64,000 nt of DNA from the human T2T-CHM13v2.0 reference genome, Homo sapiens: the NCBI RefSeq assembly GCF_009914755.1, contig NC_060934.1, one strand, 5' to 3'. A program made the position numbers and the translations under genes. The first letter of the stretch is position 1. Each line of letters starts with the position of its first letter. Below are positions 31,086-43,440 of the stretch, piece by piece. Below the pieces are notes generated by a model. It made no database searches, was not told the origin of the DNA, and saw only the letters and a program-made list of their open reading frames with translations.

Positions 31086-33025
31086 AACTCATCTTTTGGG
31101 AATTTAGTTCTTTTAGATTTCTTTGCATTCACAGCTAATTCATAGTTTAAAGAAAAGTATAATTTTTTGGTATACAGAAACATTTCTTGTTTCATCAGGA
31201 ACACAGGTCTTGCACACACTCCTACATTTTAACCCGAAGTGGAAACCAATTGTTCTTAATAATGGGTTAAAATTTAGTGTAGGGAAGATGATGTGTAATT
31301 TACTCCTTGTAGCCTCCTAAATGACCAAGTGTGCTTTAGTAACAAGAACCATATTCACAAAGGGAGAAAAATGACGTGTGGTACTTTTTCAAGACAAATA
31401 AAGAGGAATAAATGCTGTCTTGCATTCTAGTAATTGAAAAATGGCTACACTGCTGCTGCTGACACTGGAAATGCTACATCATCTGCCTAAAGTAGAGACC
31501 TCTATTGTTATGTATTAAAATAGCATTTACTGTAAATAGAGTTGGTTATAGGCAGTAACTGTTTGTAATCAAACTTTCATGAAGATTTTTGGTCAATGAA
31601 CTGAAAATAACCACAGATGTAGAATGCATGGGATGGGCTCTAAAATTTTATAATCCATCTTGGTCAAAGTTCTCCTTCTTTAGTTTGCATTAGCATCATG
31701 GATTTTAATGTAAATGCAGAATGGTTATCAGTCTATCAGTGTGTTTCACAAATAGCTCTGAATACTTTATGGTTTAGAAATACTCTTTCAAGAGTATTTC
31801 TCTTGAAAGAGTGTCATCTGGAGTAATTTGCCACTACAACAGCAAAGTACTTCCTCCCCCAAGCTGGATGGAGCTAAAAGAGGTGGTTTCTCTGTATCAG
31901 AATACTAGATTGGGACATAAAAACATTTTAAAGCATCGTTAGTCTGAGAGAATGCTTTCTTGCCCTGGCATGTCCATGACTAATCAATCATATAGTATCC
32001 CTCAACAAGGAAAAATACAATTTTTTTAACGGTTGTCATAGATGAAGACTTCTTTCCATGACACTTGTGTGTACTAGCTGAATCAGTCTCAGAATTATTT
32101 TTGTGAATTTGTTCAAAGAAAGTTTTAGTTTTGTTGGAAAATAAATTGTGTGCATTCTAGGGATATTGATCTTCTAGGAATTGATGGCAGAAAAAAAAAT
32201 ACCGTTCCCAAGATGTCATCATTTTAAATGGAAATTCTTGGTCTATGATCAAAAAAAGAAAAAAGAAAAAGAAATTGTTAAAAAAAATTTCTTATTTATT
32301 AACTTCTGCGGCTTATTTAATTGGAGTCCTTTACCCTAATTACCCATCAGCAACTTTCCCAGCCAACACAAGCACACACACATACTCTTTCTCAGCACTA
32401 TAGTATGGCAGGCACTGGTTGGGCAATATTAACACCAATACCCTAGATGAGGAGTCCCTGAGTTTGGAAAGTGAGATCATTTCCCTCAGTTTCCTTGGCC
32501 ACACTCTTCATTCCCTCTTTAAAGTATTTAGTAACAGAGGAGTAGTTTGAATATTAACACATCAGTCTGAATTTTGTACTAAACAAAGCTCAGCATACAT
32601 CTAAAGAAAGATTGTTATCAAGAAAGGTATCCCTGCAGGAGGCTTTGCTTCTGCTGTGTAAAGATTTCTGACATTTCTCACTGAGGGCAGCTTTTAAAGC
32701 CTTTGGGGCCACACTTGTTTCAACAGCAGCAATGGGATAGCACAATTTTCCATGAGTAGCAGATTTTATATTTGAGCACCTATGTAGTGGAGAACTGTCT
32801 TTTGTTTTGGAAAGTACCATACAGGGCACATATGGATGGAAAGATGGTCTGTGTTCCACGGCCTGCAACAGTGGAGTTCAAAGTATTTTGACTGTTATCT
32901 ACAGAAAGTAACATGTTTTACAACATAATGGAATCTACAACAAAATTTCACCTTACAATGAGCAACACACTTGAATATTCCCTATTTGATTCTTTTTTTT
33001 TTTCAATGCTTTGTTTCTACCCACA

Positions 33026-33432
33026 TGCAATACACTGAATATTTGTGTTGCCCTGAAATTCGTATTTTGAAGCCTGAATCCCCAATGGGATGGTGTCTGG
33101 AGGTAGAATCCTTGGGAGATAATTAGGTTATGAAGGTAGAATGCTTATGATGGGACTACTGCCCTTTAAAGAGGGACCTGAGAGAGACAGAGAGAGAGAA
33201 AGAGAGAGGACAGGGGGCTGGGGGAAGGAAGCTCCCAGCCCCTTCCACCATGTGAGCACACAGCAAGAAGATCTCAGTCTATGAAGGAAGCAGGCCCTTG
33301 CCAGACATGGAATCTGTCAGCACCTTGGATCTTGAACTTTCCAGGCTCCTGTACAATGAGAAACAAATTTCTGTTGTTAATAAGCCACCCAGGTTAGCAC
33401 TATTTTTATAGCAGCCCAAAGGGACTAAGGCA
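33026..33432 (+). mobile_element. MLT1A-type MaLR solo LTR
   Basis: ctgaatatttgtgttgccctgaaattcgtatt...gaacttt...tgagaaacaaatttctgttgttaataagccaccca...gcagcccaaagggactaaggca. Confidence 0.85.
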
Positions 33433-35504
33433 TCATGGAACAAACTTCTCAATCCACTAATTGGTTACTACCTGCAACTTGAAAAGCAATGGTCTAGAAG
33501 AAATCAGCAAAACAAACAGAAATCTAACCTGCTGTGAATAAAGGATTGACAGGAATTTGGCGGTAAAAGGAGGAATGGGGAAAATGAGAAAAAAGACAAG
33601 TGAAAACTGAGGAACGTGATCAGAGGTTAGATGCTAGAAAAACTAGCCAGGGAGAAATTCTCAGTGACAAAATGCATGATGACTTCTAAGAGGAAGGTTA
33701 ATATTCTATTTTCAACCACCTAGAAACAGTATTATAAGAGACTACCCCATTGCTATAAAATGTCATTAAAATTGTGCTGCATTTACAATTTTGTATTTGT
33801 TGCATTTTGAAGACATAGAATGGGGCTGTATGTGCACAAGGCAGAAGAAAAAGAACATGCAAACTTGGCAAGACCATTCAGAGATGGAGATAGTTCAGTA
33901 AAGTAAAGCTCAGAGCAGCAGAGATCACAGAAAACAATCTCTTCCCTCTTCCAATGTTCCTCTGCAAAAAAAATAAAAAATAAAAAAAGAAGAGAGAAAG
34001 AGAGAAACAGAGAAAGAAAGAACAAAAAATCTTCAGAGATATTTCAAGGACACTGATGTTTTAGGACTTATGGTGTGAAGACAAGTCTATTTTCTTTGGA
34101 TCTCAGAGGCTAGAGTGTTTGCTGATAGTATGTGAGTTACACACCCATAATTTTATTCAGAGCCAAGCCAAGTGATGGAGGACAATTATCAAGCTTCATA
34201 TTTCTGTTTGGAGGGAAATGTTTCACAGAAAGCACAGTATCTGTTGAGCTCTGTTACAATGAAAGCATCAAATACAGGGACTTAGCTCAAATCCAGGTCT
34301 CTGCTTTGCACAGACCTTCCTGAATACTTCAGAACCTGATGGCCAGCCTGCCTTTGTAAAGATCAATTCGGCAGAGCAGTCTTTGAGCTCAAATAAACAA
34401 ATCAACTTTGTCTTCGCTTCTGCTAATATAGGTGTCCAATGTTTGGCTTTCATATTTGGTTTTTACATAAGAGTACAAAAAAAATCTGTTGGAATCAATA
34501 TTTATTCTTACCACCTCTGACCACTGTGCTGGTTTAACCCATCTAATCATCTAGTTCCTAAATCAATCTTGACCAAAGTGAGCAGAGATCAGCAGGCTTT
34601 GATTTACCACCTGGTGCCAACTGAAACTACTCACTGCTAGGAAATCCAGCATCCAGGAAGGCCAGGGCAAACCCAGGTTGTCTATCTGCCCATCGCACCT
34701 CGACCATCAGATGACTTTTGCTCTTCTGTCCAAGTCTATCTAACAAGGGTTCTGCCTAAATTCTTAGGGGGACCCACCCAAAACTCCAGTCAGCTTGACT
34801 ACATCCCTAAACCCCTGCTTGGCCACTGGGTTCTTGACTCAGCTACAAGCAGGAATCCTCCCAAATTGCATGGGATCTGTCCCTTCCCCATGCCACACAC
34901 ACATCCTCAACTAACACTAACTGATACCCTTCCCGAGACTGGAGCACCAGCTGTCATATCCCATGCCAGGATCAGATCTTCTTAGAGACCAGCATTGGGG
35001 CAGATCAAGTCTGGGCATGATTATCTTAAAGGACACCCTTCCCCACTCTACCACTTTCAACCACAAGTTGGCTCATGTGACCTTGCTCAATTTTCTTCAC
35101 TTCACCTCAACCTCCTCTTTTTTTTTTCTTTTTCCAGAGCAGGAGCCTCATGCAACCTGTTCATGCCTGAGTTTGCCCAGGGGTAAGCGTCAACATTAGG
35201 CCTTCTTTTACCTGCTTTTTGAGAATATAAGAAATACTAGACCTTTTCTATTTCTTTCTCAAGCTATGGTAATATCTTCATAGAAACATTTTTCATGCTC
35301 ATCATGTTCTTTTAGAACAAGTCTGTTTACCTAAAGCTTCTACAATTTGGTGGAGAAATCCAAATCTCTGACCTCTGGAAAATCCAGCATCATGCCTCAC
35401 CATAGGGGGCAGCCCTTCTGCTGCAAAACCACACCCATCAAAAGCCCTTCCATTGTTTAGCTTTGTAATTGCTCCCTTGACCTTGTCATGGGAGCTACTC
35501 AAAA

Positions 35505-35823
<319 letters not shown>

Positions 35824-35928
35824 TCAAAGATATTTTTAGTCTTATCACTTTAATGTATATTGTTTGCTTTTAAAGAATAGATGTTTATTTGTATGCTAAT
35901 ATGAAACAACACATATAAAGGAACATAG

Positions 35929-36344
<416 letters not shown>

Positions 36345-36694
36345 TATTCACATGCTTCTTCACCCTTATAGTCTATATATCTTTTTTAAATGCAAGTATT
36401 TTTAGATTAATTTTAGTCTAACATTTAGTACCTTGAATAGTCTTGAAGATTATTGGTAAGGCCTTGGAATAATACTATACAATAGGACATGACGAATGTC
36501 TCTCACCCATGTTACCAACTCACAGAGACTCAGATGTGAGAGAGCCAAATGTTGACAGAGGAATTGCTTCAGAATCACTGGTCTGTCGGTCCCACAGACA
36601 CGTAGGCATCCAGGACACCCTTTTTCTTCACAAAACCTTCTCGCTATTTTTTTAAGGAGGCAATAATTCTGTTTGTGTTTGAAGGCAGAACTGT

Positions 36695-37118
36695 TGCTAT
36701 AGTTTAGATGTTTGTCTCCTCCAAATCTCATGTTGAAATTGGATTCCCAATGTTGGAAGTGGTGCCTAGTAGGAGGTGTTTGGGTCATGGGGGTGGATCC
36801 CTCATGAATGGCTTGGTGCTATCTCTGTGTTAACAAGTATGTTCTCTGCCTATAGTTCAGGCATGATCTGATTGTTTAAAAGGAGCCTGCCTTGCACCTC
36901 CTTCCCTTCTCTCTCACTCTCTTTCTTGGCATGTGACATACCTGCTCCCCCTTCACCTTCTGCCATGAATGGAAGCTCCCTGAAGCCCTCATCAGAAGCA
37001 GATACTGGCACCATGCTTCTGGTGCAGCCTGCAAAACCATGAGCCAAATAAACCTCTCTTCTTTATAAATTACCCAGCCTCAGGTATTCCTCTATAGAAA
37101 CATAAGACAGACTACATG
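36695..37118 (+). mobile_element. MSTB-type MaLR solo LTR
   Basis: tgctatagtttagatgtttgtctcctccaaatctcatgttgaaatt...gagccaaataaacctctcttctttataaattacccagcctcaggtattcc. Confidence 0.9.
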
Positions 37119-37266
37119 GCTGTAAATACTAATTTCTAATTCAATAAGGAAAGGGAACATCACTGACCTTTTTAAAATTTCTTATCTAAATACAGAAGAA
37201 AGTTAAACAGCATCTGTGATGGTAAAACATATACTTTTCCCAAAAACTCTGTACCTAATTAAAGAG

Positions 37267-37578
37267 GGCCAGGCATGGTGGCTCATGCCTGTTATCTCAG
37301 GACTTTGGAAAGCTGAGGTGGAAAGATTGCTTGAGGCCAGGAATTGAAGACCAGACTGGGCAACATGGCGAAACCTCACCTCTACAGGAAAGTTTTTGAA
37401 TCCTGCGTAGCTGGGAATGCAGGTCTGTGCTACATAGTGGTGCAATGCCTGCAGTCCCAGCTGCTCAGGAGGCTGAGGTGGGAGGATAGCTCAAGTCCAG
37501 GAGGTCAAGGCTGCAGTTAGCCATGATTGTACCACTGTGCTCCAGTCCAGGCCGAGAACTTTTCTCAAAAAAAAAAAA
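37267..37578 (+). mobile_element. Alu, AluJ-type, with internal fold-back inversion
   Basis: ggccaggcatggtggctcatgcctg...gaggtcaaggctgcag (J-type) and poly(A); TSD aattaaagag on both sides. Confidence 0.93.
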
Positions 37579-38918
37579 AATTAAAGAGGCACATGACTGT
37601 CATTGTCATTTTAGTTTTCTTCCAAAAGAGCATAATCATTCTCACATATATTTTTGTTGGAGCCCCTGCTGCTTGAGGCTACTCACTACGCCAGATTAGT
37701 TTGGGTGGCAGCATTAGTGGAAGTACAAATAATCAGTCAAGAATCAACAAGCAGCACGATCTATTTTGCTAATGCTGACTGCAATTCATCTGTCAAAGCC
37801 ATTTCACTTTCCCAATATGTGTGCTATTAACTTTGTCATAGGAAAATTAGTCTAAGTGATTTCTAGAATTATTTCTGAATTTTAAGAACAGGCAACAGAA
37901 TTATATATAAATGTAAGTTGACGTCTTGGAATTCTACACAGAATTCTAAAGGCATCACAGATTGAGAGCTTGTTTTCTCCCACTTTCTTAGTTGAGAAAA
38001 ATTTGCAGATAAGGAAAGGCTGACCTTAAATAACAAGGCAGGAGACAGTAGCCCAAGGAGGAGAATCTGGCCCTACCTGCCCTTTCTCTAGAAATGAAGG
38101 TGTCTAGACTAAGATTTCTTCATTGCTGCCAGGACAGAGAGAAGCAGAGGGTTCAAAGGTGTGAGAGTTTCTTCCTTTATTCAGAAAAAAAAAATGTAAC
38201 AAGATGCAGGTGAAAATTACTATACAGAGAGATTTTTCAAAGTTTCAAATAGTATGGCTGGCTGCACAGAAGGTTCCCACAAGGTTACATCTACCTTGAT
38301 GAATTCACTACACCCCAAGGTCTGGTCTCAAGCTGGCAAGTTAAGAAACTTGATTTTACTGAGTACCCTGGAAGTAGCTCTGTCACCCCTCAGAGGCACC
38401 ACTTGCCTTAATCAAGTTGCAGAGACCAAATGCCTGCTTATGATGATATAATGAGAAGCAAGCATATGGGAAGCCAAGTTATTAGAGGGTTTCATGGTGT
38501 GTATGGAAGCAGAACACAGGAGTAGAGATGATCTGAAAATGAATCTCCCAGTGCAAGGTGCTTCAGGCCCTCTCACCAGCCACAGGAATATCTCTGCTGA
38601 TGGAACCATAATGTCAATTTATCGTACCAAAGCTTCCTCCTCCCTGGATGGTATTTGGATGTCTGAGCATTGACTTGAGGGATACTTTCTTTTGTCTATA
38701 CTTTCATTATAGACCAATTCCTTTGGCTTATGCACTTATGGATAGTATCTTGGCTCTGCTCCTTAACAACCACAGCAAGCAACCCCACCTGCTGCCTTTG
38801 ATTCCCAAGTCCTTGAGATGGTTGTGTATTGTATGCCCTACGTGTGCACAGGGCTTACTTGCTGTGGTTCCTATGTACTCACAGCAGCAATTATGTCAAC
38901 TAATAAACCTATGAATGG

Positions 38919-39215
<297 letters not shown>

Positions 39216-40099
39216 AACCTATGAATGGATCATTAGTGAGCACCTACCATGTGCCTGAAACTCAAGCAAAATGATGTACACAGGAAAGGTATGTACTCCC
39301 AGCCCCCAAATACTTTCGTCTGTTGGTGAAAGGCAAACTATCACATGTGAAAAAAAAAAAATTGAAAATCAATAGATGTTAGCATAACACCCCATAAGTG
39401 CAACAGGAGTTTTTAGAGATGGAGGAATCAAGTTAAAGTCAAAGTGACTTTATGAAGAAAGGAGGATCAAGCTAGATTTTGAACGGTAGGTAGGAGAAAG
39501 AATAAGAAGTGATTTTCCAGTCTGAAAAAGCCAGAAAGGCTTGTTCAATGTAAAGTCGTAACCTTAAATTAGGAATAATAAACAAAGGAAGTGAGATGGA
39601 AATTATTGCCAAGTCTGGGGTGTATTGGAAACATAGTAGGTACTCAAAAATGCATGTTGAATAAGTGAATGAAGTGGGACCACGGTGAGAAATAAGATTC
39701 ATTTAGTGGTACGGGAAAGAGTAGACATCTTGAAAGTGAGGAAGAGCTATATAGATGTGATATGTTATCAGAGATATGAAATATACCAGAGATTCCCATA
39801 GAATAATTTCTGAGTTCATTTTTTCTCAACTAAAGGCTAAGCACTTTTATAGTGGCATAATTCTACCTGTAGTAGAAGTTCTGCTCAAAACACACATGTT
39901 GAACAGGAAATTTCCCAGACAAATGGCATACAACGAACCAAGTAAAGATAGTCCTGCATAATAACCATTTACCTATACCATTGTCCATTCATTCCTTCTT
40001 TTGAAATTCAAAAGCTTTTTCCAACATTCTCATTTTGAGGCGAGGGAGGCCCATTTATTCTCATTTTCTTCCCATTCTCTTTTCTCCTCTTTCTCTATT

Positions 40100-40386
40100 T
40101 CTCATTCATTTATCCATTCCACAAATATGTAATGCCTATGATTTGTCAAACAAGTGCTAAGAACAACGTATGTCTGGATTTTTCTTAAAAACTGATGTGA
40201 TGCCTATCTCATGGACAAAATAGACATAGAGAGGTCAATAAACAAGAAATGCCCAGCAGCAAAACTGCAGAGCTGATGTGAAATAAAGGAACAAAATGCA
40301 GTGGTAGAGAATCACAGAAGGGAAAACATACCCAGACACAGCAGCCAGACACGGAGGCTAAGACCTGAATGATAGGAAGGAGCCAG

Positions 40387-40424
<38 letters not shown>

Positions 40425-41015
40425 ATGAATGTGTACGTGTGTGTGCCCGTGTATGTGAGTGTGCATCTGTGTGTGTGAGTTGCATGTATGAGTGTGCACA
40501 AGTGTGCGTGTGCACTGGCAGGGAGCAGGTGACAGAAGCCTGGTGCTCCAGGCAGAAGGAGTGGTATGCGGGAAGACCTCAAGACAGAGACCTCCTCAGC
40601 ACGTTCGCAGACCCTGGAAGGAAAGCAATTGCCCAGCGTATGTGGGGTTGAGGGATCGGGGGGAGCAAGGAAGTAGATGAGCTCTGTGTGGTTCACAAGG
40701 CACAGCTCACAAAGCGCTTCCTAGGCTAAGCAGACTTTGGATTTTCAAAGAGTAAGTAGGATGGTGTTAGATTCATGCAAGAGTGCCCTGGTTTCCAGAA
40801 TGAGACTAGGTTTGAAGGATGCAATGTACCAACGCTAGAGCTGTAGGTAGAAATGCAGTCACCCTGGTAGAGCTGTTGGTGGCTTAAACTGGAGAGAAGT
40901 AGTTACGGAGAAGTGGGTGGATTTCAGACATATTTTAGATGTAGAAAGACAGGATTTGTTGATGGACTGGAGTTCAGGAGGAGGGAAAATGAGAAAACAA
41001 AAATGTCTGCTTATC
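40100..41015 (-). mobile_element. L2 fragment(s) containing a TG microsatellite
   Basis: ctcattcatttatccattccacaaatatg (L2 3' end rc) ... ggagaagtgggtggatttcagacatattttagatgtagaaagacaggatttgttgatggactgga. Confidence 0.65.
40388..40514. repeat. (TG)17 microsatellite with degenerate alternating purine-pyrimidine extension
   Basis: Perfect TG run 40388-40422 followed by about 90 bp of tgtg/tgca/tgta-type sequence. Confidence 0.97.
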
Positions 41016-41245
41016 TCTCTCCCTTCTCTTTCCCTATTCCACAATCTATTAATGATTTTTTTAATTCATGGTGTCATTTTCCTATCTCAGGTTAAAGGAG
41101 AGTTTAACAGCAGTAAATCCCAAACAAAAGCATTCTGATTTTAGACAATGCTATACATAAGAAGTAGAAATATCTCAAATACAATTCTCAAATGACGCTT
41201 TTAGTTGTATGAGAAAGAAAAGCCGTAAATACTAGCATAACCAAA

Positions 41246-41637
41246 TGATATGGTTTAGCTCTGTGTCCCCACCCGAATCTCATCTCAAATTGTAATCCCC
41301 ACATGTCGGAGGAGGGGCCTGGTGGGAGGTGACTGAATAATGGGAGTGAACTTCCCCCTTGCTGTTCTCGTGGCAGTGAGTGAGTTGTCACAAGATCTGG
41401 TTGTTTAAAAGTGTGTGGCACCTCCCGCTTCACACTCCCTCTCCTGTTCTGCCATGGTAAGATGTGCTTGCTTCCCATTCTCTTTCTGCCATGATTGTAA
41501 GTTTCCTGAGGCCTCTCAGTCATGCTTCCTGTTAAGCCAGTTAAACCAATTAACTGTGAGTCAATTAAACCTCTTTTCTTCATATATTACCCAGTCTCAG
41601 GTAGTTCTTTATAGCAGTGTGAGAACAGACTAATACA
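41246..41637 (+). mobile_element. THE1D/MSTA-type MaLR solo LTR
   Basis: tgatatggtttagctctgtgtccccacccgaatctcatctc...gagaacagactaataca; 5-bp TSD ccaaa (41241-41245, 41638-41642). Confidence 0.93.
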
Positions 41638-42074
41638 CCAAACCTCTGTCATCAAACAGGAAACCATTATCTTTCATTGAAACTGCTAAAGACACCACAG
41701 TCAAAGTTATAACCTCTATCCACTGGTGATTTAATTAATGTGAAAGACTTACTCATAAGAACCAGTGTGGTGTTGAAGTCCCCACACACACCCCTCCTGT
41801 AAAGTAGAAGTTTGGTCACTATATCCCCTGATGGCAATGTTTATTATATGTGGCTGTGCAAATAGGGGAAGAGACAGTGAGACAGCACATGACCTGAGTA
41901 CAGAAACCATATTACAGGACCAGAAGTCCTGGCCCAGTCTCTCCACACCAAATTCAGCCCCCAAATATGTCTTCCTCTGTCTCCAAGCTGCAGGACATGG
42001 CACAAATTGAAAACAAGAAAAGTCCCACTTTTGAATACATAGCCAAGTACGTTGGTAGAAAAAGAGCATATTTT

Positions 42075-42384
<310 letters not shown>

Positions 42385-43081
42385 AGAGCATATTTTTTTA
42401 AATGTTCCCTCAAAATCACTTTTCAAAACAGGCTTTTCCCATTGAATGTAAATGTAGCAAGTTGAAAAATTAAGTCTGTAGGTTCCTTCATCTCCTGAGT
42501 ACTTGCTTTAATGTGGCCAGTACCAGAAACGGTTCTTCCATTTAAAGTCTGATCATTAAATTAGAAGTAACTTAAAGGGACTAATTGCTCATGGGAGATT
42601 TGTTCTTTTCAAGCAGTAGAACACAGAGCTCTGTAACATCCTGTGTTCTAAATTATCATTATGGCCAAAATAGGTCCTGATCCAAGCACAAAAATCCTTC
42701 TCATATTTTGCAGTTCTTAATAGAAGTGTCTAACCTAATGTAATTTGATTCACGAATGTTAGTAGTGCAAGTAAAACTTGTTTTTAGAAATTGGGTTTTT
42801 TTGGTTTGTGTTGCTGATTTCTCATTTTTAGTTACCTCTGCGGGGTCATTGCTTTTAAGCAGTCCATTGGTTGCATGACAAATGTATTTTAGAGACCTGT
42901 CTTTTGTTCAGGAACCGTATTTGTCTGGGAGAAAAATGTCAGCAATTCAGAGTCTGAATCCTGTGTGTGAACAGTACATCTGTGTCACGCCAATGTCAAG
43001 CAAACAGAGACAATAGTTTTATCCTGGTTTGACTTCAAGTCTAAACTGGCTCCACATCCAGGAATAGAGCAGAAAGAGGCA

Positions 43082-43440
43082 GGTTATGGATTGAATTGTG
43101 CCACCCCAAAATTCACACATTGAAGTCCAAACCCACAGTATCCCAGAATGTGATTTTATTTGAAAATAGGGTCATTTCAGATGACACTATTTCAGTTAAA
43201 ATGAAGTCATCCTGAAATAGGGTGGGCTCAGTCCAATACGACTGGTGTCCTTATGACAGAGCACCATGGGAACAGACAGACACACATGGCAGGGAGAACA
43301 CCATGCCAAGATCAGAGTTATGCAGCCACCAGCCAAGGACCTACCAGGAGCTGGGAGAGAGGCCTGGGACAGATGCTTCCCTAGGGCCTTCAGAGGGAGG
43401 GTATGGCACTTTGCCACAGCAGCTCTAAAAGACTAATGCA
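43082..43440 (+). mobile_element. MLT1C-type MaLR LTR, apparently with a deletion near the 3' end
   Basis: gttatggattgaattgtgccaccccaaaattc...cagaatgtgattttatttgaaaatagggtc...agccaaggacc...gagaggcctgggacagat...cagcagctctaaaagactaatgca. Confidence 0.85.

Noticed and set aside
40209-40696. His/Thr-rich and Cys/Val-rich ORFs
   Set aside because: Translations of the TG microsatellite.
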